Source: the human T2T-CHM13v2.0 reference genome, Homo sapiens | Assembly: GCF_009914755.1 (NCBI RefSeq) | Contig: NC_060926.1 | Length of the DNA: 64,000 nt | Strand: one strand, 5' to 3' | Shown: positions 1 through 12,030 of the stretch, one piece after another | How the letters are laid out: each line of letters opens with the position of its first letter | How positions within the stretch are numbered: position 1 is the stretch's first letter | The notes under the pieces: generated by a model | Told to the model about the DNA's origin: nothing | Seen by the model: only the letters and a program-made list of their open reading frames with translations | The model's database searches: none | Translations under genes and position numbers: made by a program

Positions 1-1186
1 ATTCCGCCTTCTGTATCTGAACTTGTTATATGAACAGTGGATGCCACTTAAAACAAAAGAGGAAGAAAGAAATCTGCTTCCTCAAGGAAGAGTTTCAGCC
101 CTTTAAATCTTAACACACAATAAAAATACTCCCATTACCACCATCACCCACTTCAGCAGCTATTCGAAGTTCATAACAATTCATAGAAAAGAACAATTGC
201 TTAAAGCAGAATCAAAAACCCTTGAGACTTCTCAAGATTATAGGCCACAGACATAAATAAAAGCTCTCAATAAAAATACTTTATAACCTTATTGTGTATT
301 AAAATGTTATAAATAACTGTGCAAAGACTTAGCCACTCTATCAACAAACAGAATTTTAGATTTCTTTTCCCAGCCTGTGTGCACTCAGTCACTCAATGTA
401 CTCACTGCCGATCTACATATTTACAGTTGTTTACCACATTTTGTTAAGGCTTAAAAAAAAAATAAGGAAAGAGAAAGGAAGCACTTTCTAAAGAACTGTA
501 AATTACAATTGAGCTCTCTTAAGAGTTCACTTATCTTCGCTGATTAACTTCCAGGGTACTTACTGAAACAGGTGTTGTGTGTGTAAAAATCAGTATAGAT
601 GAATATAGCATGTGCTGGAGTGAGACTTTGGGCTGTGAACTTCACTTCAACTCTATTTTAACCTTTTCAAAATGAGGGAAAAGGTTATGGTGAAATGAAT
701 AGGTGTTGATGTACCTCACTGGTTCCTAGCACAGATCTACGGACAAGAGGAATCAAAATGATCTGTCAAACCTGGAAACAACAAAACCAAGCAGAGTACC
801 AGCCCGCATCACTTGAACTCAGTAGATTTAAGGAGATGCCCATACAGCAGATTCTGTTGCAAGTCCCTCAGGTGATTCTGATACTCAGTCAGGGCTGAGA
901 TGAACTAGTCAGGAACTTTCCAGTTCTTGAAAACCACAAACACTTCAATTTTGCCTTGTGTGTACATATGTTCATGAAAATAAAATCTATTATGTTAGAA
1001 ATTTGGCAAATATACATTTTATACTAAAGATATTGCTATTTAAAGGAGATTTCTTTTAAAAAAGATATCTTTTATAATTGATAGTTTAACAATATAATTT
1101 TTCAACCCTAACTTTTCTCTCCAGTGTATTTAAATTTTGGAGTTTGCTTAAAGTATACTTAAATCATTACAAGGAAAGAAGGAAGT

Positions 1187-1636
1187 TGTATGGCAGACAA
1201 ACCTGACAGCAATAACTTAAGCATACCCTGAGAATGACCCTAGGGTGTAAGAGGAATGTGTGTTTGGAGTTCCAAACTTATTAATCCAGGAGTGGACAAT
1301 CCAGGGATTCATTCCTTATCAATGAGGAACATCAGAACCCAGGACCCATCCTATGGAACACAGGCTGGACAGGTGATCGAGGCCCTCTGTTTTGGGTTAG
1401 ATGAAAGTTGCCAGGTGGAGGTTGCTAGGCGGAGGGTGCTAAGTGAAAATGCTATATAAACTGCATGCTTTTTGCCAGCAGTTGTGGTTCTCCTGTCCAG
1501 CCTGCAGCCACTAGACCACCCTGTATGTAAGTTCCCTCAATAAATCCTGTGTGTCCTCCACTGGCTCTGGGTGTCTTCTTTGTCTTCTCGAACATGGTGC
1601 TGTCCCTACTGAAGTTAATAGGGGTCTGGCACAACA
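1187..1636 (+). mobile_element. Solo LTR, LTR47A/B-like (ERVL)
   Basis: TG...CA termini (TGTATGGCAGAC...GGCACAACA), TATATAAA at 1453-1460, AATAAA at 1539-1544; body resembles recalled LTR47 consensus; TSD degenerate (GAAGT/AAGGT). Confidence 0.8.
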
Positions 1637-2239
1637 AAGGTAAAGTTCAAAGTCAAAAATTTCCTGCCACCTCTGTTAAGAATTATAGTCTGTGGAATAA
1701 TATCTCTGCCAGGCAAGTCTTGGGCTTCAGTCAGGAAGGTCTCAGGCCATGTCATGTGCTTTCCACATACCATAAAAGGAACTGGATATATATTTCATGA
1801 TTGATAAACTTAGGGATAACTGGAAAAGGGTCTCTTTCCCCATGCTTAATTACATCTAAGAGTATGTTTAAAGAATTATTTAAGGAAAAAGTAATTATGA
1901 TGTTCAGTTAGATCACTTTAAATGGAAATAACTTGGAAACATACTACATTGCTCTAGATGCAGACTAAGGGATCAATGACTGAAAAAAAAGAACATCTTT
2001 GGAAAGAATAGAGCTGGGCCCAGAAAACACAACAGCTCAGGGCTCTTTAAGAAGGTGGGATAAAGAGGTAGAGAGAACCAAAAACTTGGACATCACTGAA
2101 ATTTTGCTGATCACTATACTTAACCTCTCTATGCTCTCCACTGGGGCAATGACTCACCAAGCACTCCATTTTTATGGCAGTCTACCCAGCTAATTAAAAG
2201 GGTGCAAAGGATGTCGAGTGACCTAACATTGGTAATGTG

Positions 2240-2420
2240 TAACTTTGGGCCAACTATTTAATTTCTCTGTGCCTCAGTTTCCTCTTCTGTAAAATAGGTG
2301 AAATTACAGTAACTCTTTCAAAGCGTTTTATGAAAATTCAGTGAGTTCATACCTGTAGAATGATCAGCAGCATAGTGACTGGTACACTGCAGGTGCTCAG
2401 TAAGTGTTAGATAGTATTAA
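2240..2420 (+). mobile_element. MIR SINE fragment
   Basis: MIR core CTCTGTGCCTCAGTTTCCTCTTCTGTAAAATAGG and 3' part GTGCTCAGTAAGTGTTAG. Confidence 0.8.
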
Positions 2421-2591
2421 TTAGGTCAGATAAGTGGTCTATGCTATACCTCATGTAGTCCAGGCCTTATAGCATTGGGAAGAGTAGTGCCAAAATCCCA
2501 GCATTCTAAGAGCAAGAGGAAACCCTTGAAGTTATTGTTCTGTTCTAAGGGTTTCACTTGGTTTAGCACATGTTTCAATCATTCTACATAC

Positions 2592-2866
<275 letters not shown>

Positions 2867-4328
2867 GCCATCACTTACAGACTAAGAGATTTCCCATAAA
2901 ACTTGAAATTGTATCTTCTTGAAACATGTGGCGATCTTTCTGCACTGGTGTGTTTCTGGGTTGTCTGAATCTGCTGCCACTGAGCTGTGGCTGCTTCCCT
3001 TAGGGCAGACAGAGGCTCTCCAGCCTGCCATAGGCCCCACCAGTCCCTCCTGTTTCTCTGGCATTAAATCAGGTGTGGGTTGCTATGGCATGGCTTTCAA
3101 AAGCAAGGCTTTTGCCTAGTAATAAAAAACAAATGACAAAAGTGCTCTGTATTTATTTCTTTATCAAAAGTGAAAAAAAGGAATGTAATCCCCTAGAGGG
3201 TACTTGATTTTTCTCATATCTGGCCTACTTTAGCTATTTACATTAATTGGTGACTCTAAATTCCCTTCTTTTAAAATATGAAAAACAAAGAACCCAGAGA
3301 CTTTAAGTGACCATCTGAGGCCATAAGTCTTGGTAGTCGCAGAAGCTGTATCCATAGTTGGGTCCTTTTCCCCCCAGTTACCATTTCCACTTGTCCATTC
3401 ACCTTCTTTCTAAATGAGTTAGCTAATGTGATTCAATTCATATTCCATACAGAAAAGTAGGAACAAGAGGAAGCATGGCGGCTACAATGAAGAAGTGCAG
3501 AAGGTAGCTATGGACATACGAGCCCTGTAAAGGGGGTAACCCTTTGTTAGTTCTGTGATTATTTGCATCTTACTCAGGCTGTCCGTGTTTAAATATTTTG
3601 GCAGATGAATGTGATGGAATGATGCCCCTCTCCAATGGGTTGCTCTATTTTCTTTATGCTTAATTGCCCCCTTTCATGTCTAATTGTAATTTTTTTCTAA
3701 CATAAGTTCCCTAATTTACTTAATTAAATGAAATGGTGGTGTGAGTGACACAAATATGAAACATAACACATATGAAATCCTAAAACACCTAGAGAGAATG
3801 AGCTGGAAAGACAAAGCAGTGGGGACCCGGGAGGTGCTTTTCCTTCCTTGAGCTCCCTAAAGTTAATCTTTTCAGGTCTTCCCTTCTCCCTAATGAAATG
3901 AGTCTATCCTAGGGGCATATGTCACCTTCCCTGCACATATGACAATATTTCTGTGACTCATATGCTTGTCACTTCCTCAGGGGGAATGAGAATCGAACAT
4001 TTTATAGCTTGTTAATATATCTCAGTTTACTTTATTATTGGATTTTTAAAATATTGAGACAGTGACTTTGTGACCTGAGATTTTAGACTGTGCCTACTTT
4101 CCACCACACCATCAAAATATTCCACAGATAACTGCTCAGTTTAACTTCATATGGAAAATCTGTGATTAATTTATAGTTCTACCACTTGGCATTTGCGAGT
4201 TCATCCTCAAAAGATACCCACATCCCAGTCCCTGAAGATTTGAGACCTCTACGAGCTTTGCCATAAAATGAGCCTGAAAATATCTCCTTTAGTGGCTATT
4301 GGAAGAAAGAAATAAGATCCACGTTGTG

Positions 4329-4410
4329 TAAGTGCTTTGCAAACTGTAAAGCACCAAGCATTGAGTTCCATGTTCCATAAGTGCTTTGCAAACTGTAAAG
4401 CACCAAGCAT
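4329..4410. repeat. Perfect 33-bp direct repeat with 16-bp spacer
   Basis: TAAGTGCTTTGCAAACTGTAAAGCACCAAGCAT at 4329-4361 and 4378-4410. Confidence 0.97.
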
Positions 4411-4689
4411 ATGTGCCCTGACAATGAGACATGGTCCCAGAACACTGGGAACACAAGATGCTCTGAGAAAGGCAGGCCGTGGAACTCATGAGGAAGCTCA
4501 TGACTCTCATGTCCATTTCAAGAGACAAAAGAGACTAAAAGAGAAGTGGATTATTAAAAATAAGCCTGAGTTAGGAAGCAGAGTCTCCAAGGAGAACAGT
4601 GGGTTTCATGACACATTCCTTTGTGCCCTCAGAATGTGTGCAAGCTTATATTTTGGCTTCTATTACGTTGTTGAATATATATGATTATC

Positions 4690-5345
4690 TACCTGCCTTC
4701 CCCACTCCCGAGCATCCTATAAACTGAGCATTTCAGGAAAAGACCTGTGTCAGGCATCTTTGCATCTCTGGTACTTAGACCAATATCTTCTGGGTACTTC
4801 CAGCCTGTTAAGTTAACATGTGCTGCTTAGTGTGACAGAATAATACCTATCCTCAAAACATGTTCACTTCCCAGTCCCTCAAATCTGAGAGCACATGTTA
4901 CCTTATTTTGCAAAAGGGACTTTTGCAGATTTGATCAACTTCAGGATCTCAAGATGAGGAAATTATCCTGAATTATCCAGTTGGGCTCCATATCATCACA
5001 GGGTCCTTATAAGAGGGACCCTAGAGAGGACAATGAGATGTGATGATGAAATAAGAGGTTGGAGAGATAGACTGGAAAGATAGAGGCAAGGGCCACAAGC
5101 TAAGGAATGCTAGATTCTGGAAAAAGCAAAGAAGCAATTTTCCCTGGAGGCCCCCAGAAAGAATGCAGCCTGACCAATACTGTTATTTTGGACTTTTGAC
5201 TTTCAGAATTATAAGAGAATGAATTGTGTTAAGCCACCAAGTTTGTTACAGCAGCAACAGGAAACTAATACACTTAGATAAGAAAGTACATGAAAAACTG
5301 GCATTTGAATGAATGAATGAGCAAATGAACAGAGGAATTAATGGA
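4690..5345 (+). mobile_element. L2 3' fragment interrupted by MLT1D
   Basis: L2-like sequence at 4690-4830 resumes after 5277 and ends in a GAATGAATGAATGA-type tail. Confidence 0.5.
4831..5272 (+). mobile_element. Solo LTR MLT1D-like (ERVL-MaLR)
   Basis: TGTGACAGAATAAT...GGAAACTAATACA; perfect 5-bp TSD CTTAG (4826-4830, 5273-5277); AAAAGGGACTTTTGCAGAT motif. Confidence 0.88.
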
Positions 5346-5454
5346 AAGAGCTCTAGATAGAAAGCGGAAAGGCCCAGGTTCAGATCTCAGCATAGATAAT
5401 AAGCAGACCTATCATTTAACTTGGGGCCTATAGTGTAATCTCTCTGGAAGTCCT

Positions 5455-6015
5455 CAGCATAAGAGCTAATGCTGTGGAATCAGACTGACCAGGGTTCAAA
5501 ACTCTTCTAGGCTACTTCTTGATTGTACATCCTCAGGCAAGCACTTGCCTCTCTGAGCCTATGTCCACATCTGTAAGATAGGGATAGTGCCAGCACCTCC
5601 TGCACAAAATTGTTGTGGAGACTGAATGAGCTACAGTCTAGTCACATTTGATGGGGCTCTGAACTAGGTAAATTTGAAACTGTGGTCACATGAAAATGTT
5701 ATTAATGTCACTTCATGCACAAAACTTGAAATCATGCAAATTCCCCAATTAAAAAAAGGTCAGGAATGGCAAAGCTGGTAAATTGTAAACCTCTGATTAC
5801 CACATAGTGGGACCGTCTCAGTTGCTGAACAGAAAACACCCATTGTCCTTTGAGAGAATCCATGTTGAATTATGCAAGCTATAAATTACACAAGCAACAA
5901 ATTATGAAAGGTCTTTGGGAACACACCCCCTGAACAAAATATGACTACCTTTAATGCATGCAAAGCAATTAGCAGGGGCCTGGAACACAGAAAGCTATTA
6001 CTCTGCTATTATTAT
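5455..6015 (+). mobile_element. MIR split by an insertion at ~5634-5950
   Basis: MIR 5'/core (CTCTCTGAGCCT...CATCTGTAAGATAGGG) to ~5633; MIR 3' part (GCAAAGCAATTAGCAGGGGCCTGGAACACAG) resumes ~5952. Confidence 0.65.
5634..5950. mobile_element. Probable old TcMar-Tigger-type MITE
   Basis: Interrupts the MIR after TA, begins CAGT; weak terminal inverted similarity (TAGTCACATTT...GGGG vs CCCC...AAAATATGACTA). Confidence 0.4.
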
Positions 6016-8049
6016 ATTAGCTCAATGATAAAAGACTCAGAACAAACACTGCCACCGCAGTGGAAAATGAAAGTAACTCCAGCTTTCCCAGGGGCCTAAG
6101 CTTTACATGGGCCTCTGGCTCCTTTCAGAGAAATCTTGCAAGTTGGAAAATCTGAGACAGGTGTGCTAATGACACCCCATATTATGAAGCAATAAATTTC
6201 CCAGCTCTTGCCTGAAACGCAGAATTTGGCCGCAGGGAGGTGTTAACTATGTGCTCCACTAGTATCACCACGCATACATCATGCATAAACTATTTTGCCG
6301 CTATTAGCCTTATTTAGAAAAATAGAATTTGTGAGATGAAGGGGATCTCCCTGGGACTTGGCGCCACCCAGCATCACCTGCCCTTCTCTCTTTTCTCGTT
6401 TCTTGAATGCCCAGGGCACAAGGCTGTCCCTAGTGCATATGAGAAGTTCAGTAAGTGTTTGTTAAATGCACAGTGACCTTTACAGTTCATGTAACCCACC
6501 TCCCTTTCCCATTTTACAGATAAGGAGCCTGAGGCCAATTAAAGGAATGACTGAAATATCCCTATCATGTGACATTAATTCAAGTTAATGACTGTCTTCT
6601 CCCTACAGGGAAGAGTTCATTTCCCAAAACGAATAGACTGGGTTATGGAGAGGTAATAGTTTTAAAACACGTTTCTTAAAGCATATCTGTTTTTCTAAGC
6701 AGCTTTCCGTTTCGCAAAATGAATGCTGCTGATGATGTTAAGTGTCTACACCACAGATGTGGCTAATAATTGTTTAAGAGCTCAGAAGAGAATAAGCAAA
6801 AGAAAATATGAATCTGAATGAAAGAGATCCACCATGAAGAAATCAGATGTAGCCTAAGAATGATGCCTGATTATTTAGTTTTAATGAAGCCAGGTGTTAC
6901 ATGTGATGGGGAACAAATAATTTACTTCACAGATTCATATGACCCTTTCAGGCTGCATCGAACCATTCAATGCAGAATCGAGTCGCATTTTTTACTTACA
7001 CCTCAACTTTGTACCAAAGCAGTTATAATATCTATGAAGAATTCAGAGCTAGGAGGACTAAAATTTTTTCCCTTTCTTTAGGTGGCCACATATCAGGAAA
7101 CGCTGAGCATGCATTCCCTTTGTCAAGACCACCCTCTCAAGAAGAATCTAAGCCCTTTCCCTAGAAATTGATCTTAGTGATTTTTCCACTGTCTCTATGA
7201 AGCTAACTTTAATTTCTTCTGAGGTAGCTTAAGTCAACTCTTTGCATTATATTCACTGCACATGGGAAAGAATTCTTACTACCTTCTTGAAGTAGCCCTG
7301 TGTAGATTTCAAGGGTCAACAATTTAGGATACAGCCTCGCCTCTTAAGGTTAACTGTGGCCAGATTTCTTAACTTACTTTGATACTTTTACTTGTATTAA
7401 CATATTCCTCCCAATCCCTTTTCACAACCAGTTGGGTTGCAGAGCCCACAAATTCAGGTAAGCTAATGCCACATTATGCTAATCAGCTGGGTTCCTATGC
7501 TTGCTTTCTCAAACCCACTGGCTTTTTAGCCAGCAAAAACCTAGGGCTGCCCAGTGATGACCTCACATTTCCACCAATGTCCTTGCTTTTTAAAGCTTTT
7601 CATACATAGTTGTGCAGTGGATGCTGGGTCTCTATTTGTGATTTGAAGTGATTTTCAGTAGAAGTCCTAAATTTATCTATATACAGTGTCTGTGCTGTTT
7701 CTATTGTATTTCCCTTTTCCACCATACCACAGCCTTCTCATCTGTACAGGCTATCTGGACCATACTCAGATTAGATGTCCTGCTTCCTGGCCTGGCAGCT
7801 TTGCTGGTGTTAAAGGACAGTGGGATAAGGGCTATCAGAAGAAGACAAAGACCTGTTATTTCACTGACTGCTTACTCTCTTTGGACCTCTTTAGACTCCT
7901 TGTTGCCTGAGATGCAAGGCCAGACCCAGGAGGACTGCATACACCCCAGACCCCATCCAGCTCTTCCCTGTACTCTCAGTCTCACTGTAACTTTTTATTT
8001 CCAGGACATTACTTAATTATCTGGAGATGCTTATTCTCCACAAGCCTGC

Positions 8050-8380
8050 TGTGAAGATTCACACCACTGCACTTTACCTAGGTGTCCCTTCTACCTGGAA
8101 TGCCCTTCATGGAGTTCTCTATTCCACAGGCCCACCTTAAATGTCACACCTCTGGCAAGTATTTATTCCTCACCTCCTCAGCCAAGATGAGGCATTCTCT
8201 CTCCTGTGCTCCCAGAGAATGTTGTACACACCTCTCTTTTAGTCCTGGCCACAGAGTACTGCAATGCCTATACAAGTCTCTCTCATTCACCACAAACTTA
8301 TTTTTTGCATCTTCTAGAATCAAATCTACACTCTGTTTCACAGTAGGAGTTTATGAAATGAATGAATTGAATAAACGTGT
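8050..8380 (+). mobile_element. L2 3' fragment
   Basis: CCTTCTACCTGGAATGCCCTT motif and terminal GTAGG...ATGAATGAATTGAATAAA. Confidence 0.65.
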
Positions 8381-9738
8381 ATGATTCCTCAAAACAGAGG
8401 TGACTAGGTGGCTTTTAGCACTGGGGTCTGGAACACACCTTTTATTTATCTCTGGGTTAGAGAGGACAAACCTAGAGAAATACAAGAAAAACAAGCAGAC
8501 CAGTACCCAGCCAAGAATAATAAACATGGTGTACCTGATAGACCATTATATTAACAGTTTCTTCTTTTTTCTGCTCTGGAGATCCTTGACTCTGCAATAG
8601 ATTTCGTACTGTTTCTTCCATCCTGAGAAACAAAAATATTAAGAATTTCTTAAAGAAGGTTTCTAATTAACACGGATCCACTCGAGTTGTAGAAATCACT
8701 CTTCTATGCGTATTTCCCAAGCTTCAACCTGGAAATCTCTTTTCTCTCTACTTCATCTTCTATCAGTTATCTGTCATGAAGTCCTTTGCAACCATTCTTT
8801 GGGATGCCTCTACATTCTCTTTCTCTACCATTCAGGTCTGCCTCTTTATACTTGGACATCTAAACTCATGCACCTATCTCCCAATATCCCTCTTCATTTC
8901 CAATCACTTCTTTTTAATTTGATACAGTATCACTACATCAATCTTCCCAAAAAACCACTTTCATTTTTAAACACCAATTTTCAAAGTTAACACATATTAT
9001 AGGAATGCACTCTTCCCATTAATCTACTGTCAGGTCTTTCTGTGATGGTCTTTCTATGACAGCACGTAAAGATTTACTTCATTCTTCTCAACTACAGTCA
9101 TGCATTGCTTCATAACAGGAATACGTTCTGAGAAATGTTGAAATGCATCATTAGGTGATTTTGTCATTTTGCAAACAGCATAGAGTGTACTTATATAAAC
9201 CCAGATGGGATAGCCTACTACACAACTAGGCTATATTGTATTACCTATTGCTCCTAGGCTACAAACCTGTATAACATGTTAATGTCCTGAGCACTGTAGA
9301 AAAATTATAAAACAATAATATTTGTGTATCTAAACATACCTAAATGTAGAAAAGGTACAGGAAAAATACCATATAAAAGACTTAAAATGGTGCACCTGTA
9401 TAGGCCACTTGCCACGAATGGAGCTCACAGGACTGGAAGTTGCTCTGGGTGAGTCAGTGAGTGAGGAGTGAGTGAATGTGAAGGCCAGGACACTACTGTA
9501 CACTGTGAACACTGTACACTCTAAACACTGCAAACTTACACTGCACTAAATCTATAAAAAATATTTTTCTTTCTTCAATAATAAACCTTAGCTTACTATA
9601 ATTTTTACTTTATAAACTTTTAAATTTTTAAAAAACTCGATGCTTGTAATGACATTTATCTTAAAACATAAACATGTATAAGTTATATAAAATATTTTCT
9701 GTATGTCCTTAGTATATAAGTTTTTAAAAATTGTTTTA

Positions 9739-10383
<645 letters not shown>

Positions 10384-11829
10384 TTATTAAAAACTAAGGC
10401 ACAAACAAACACATTAGACTAGGCCTACGCAGGGTCAGGATCATCAGGATGTCACCGGCCAACAGGAATTTTTCAGCTCCATTATAGTTTTAAGACACCA
10501 CAGTTTTGCATCCAGTCCACAGTTGACCAAATATCATTATGTGGCACATGAATGTGCTTCCTAGTATGTCATGTTGAGAATGTAAGTTACTTAAGATTCC
10601 CCTACTTATGAAATTTAAATTACTTCAAAATTTTTGTTATTCCAAACAATCAACATCTTTACACATACCTCTTTATACACATGTGTATTTCTACAAATTA
10701 TATACTACATGTTATAATCTTGTTTTGTTTTAAATGTATACCTCCAGTGATTCCCCATTAGCTCAAAGTAAAGAGTAAAGGAAACACACCCATTCCCATT
10801 TCCAGACATTTGCTTATGCTGGTGATACTTCTTAGAATGCCCCCTCCATTTCATCTTCCTATATTTCAACCCTCTTTTCAAATTTACCTTAAGTTTCACT
10901 TCCTAAGATATCTCCTCATTGATCTCCTGCTTCTTTGAATTCTTATAGCCCTATACTTCAAACCATTTACTCTATCACTTAAAAATCCTTCACTTTAATG
11001 CTCAAATATTTTGTATATGCAGGTCTTATCTTCTGGAATAAATGACAACATTTGGTATAGGACTATGCCATATATTTCTAAGGTATCTCTCTCAACTGTA
11101 GATAAAATACATACTCACTAGACATTATTGTATGAATCCTTTGCTAATTCATTTTTTAAAGTGTGAAGTAGTTACTCTATGCCAGACACTCATCCTGTAT
11201 GTTCAGACTGTGTCTGGATGACCTTGTCATTGGGGCCCACCATGAAGATTCATAGACCCAAACTCTGGGAGCAAGAAGCCTGAACTCAATGCCCTGAACA
11301 CGATGCTCTCTGTCCAGAACCTGAACTGGTTATCTTTTCCAGGCCCATCTTGAAGCATGTATTTGAGTGACTCAGTATGACACTGGTTGAAGAGAACTGT
11401 GAAGAAAAGCAGGCTGATCCAGCTTCTCCCTCTTACTAAGGGCTTCTCGTATGACAAATTAAGGGCTCTAGGAGACCAGTGAATCCGCTGATGTAGGAAG
11501 CCCATTGCAGTAGGCAGGATAAGACAGTTCAAAATGCCACCTTTCTAATATGGCACGTAACTACTCAGCAGCAGAGTGAGGAAACTGCAGACAACTGGGA
11601 CAGGCCAGACCTAGATTATTAATTGGAGAAATTCTGCCTTTACAGAGGATGGCACAAGGACTCATTTGGGTTTTCAGGAAGATGGTGGGCGCTGGTTACG
11701 AGTACTCTAAAAATGATTTGTGACCACACATTTATACAAGCCACCTCTGCATGTATCCAGCTGAGAAAGCAGAAGCTGTTCCCTATATTTTCACAAATCT
11801 TATGTTATTAATAATAACTCAATTTAATA

Positions 11830-12030
11830 GTACTTTTAACTTGACAAAGAACTGTCTCATCTGTTCATCATTATAATTTACTTTTAAAAAATCATTCTAT
11901 CTATTTGGTAGATGAGAAACCTAAGGTACAGAAAGGTTAGATGGTTTGCTTAAGAGATCATGGTTAGTTGGATAGGGAGTTTGGATGAAATCATTTTTAC
12001 TGACTCTAAATACAGCAGCCTCTTTCTACT
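11830..12030 (-). mobile_element. MIR fragment
   Basis: Antisense core TAGATGAGAAACCTAAGGTACAGAAAGGTTAGATGGTTTGCTTAAG. Confidence 0.65.

Noticed and set aside
4329-4410. Repeat-spacer-repeat as a CRISPR array
   Set aside because: Only two units, a 16-bp spacer, primate DNA and no cas genes.
7648-8016. 122-aa ORF with a hydrophobic stretch
   Set aside because: Non-ATG start, no recognisable domain, no convincing exon boundaries.
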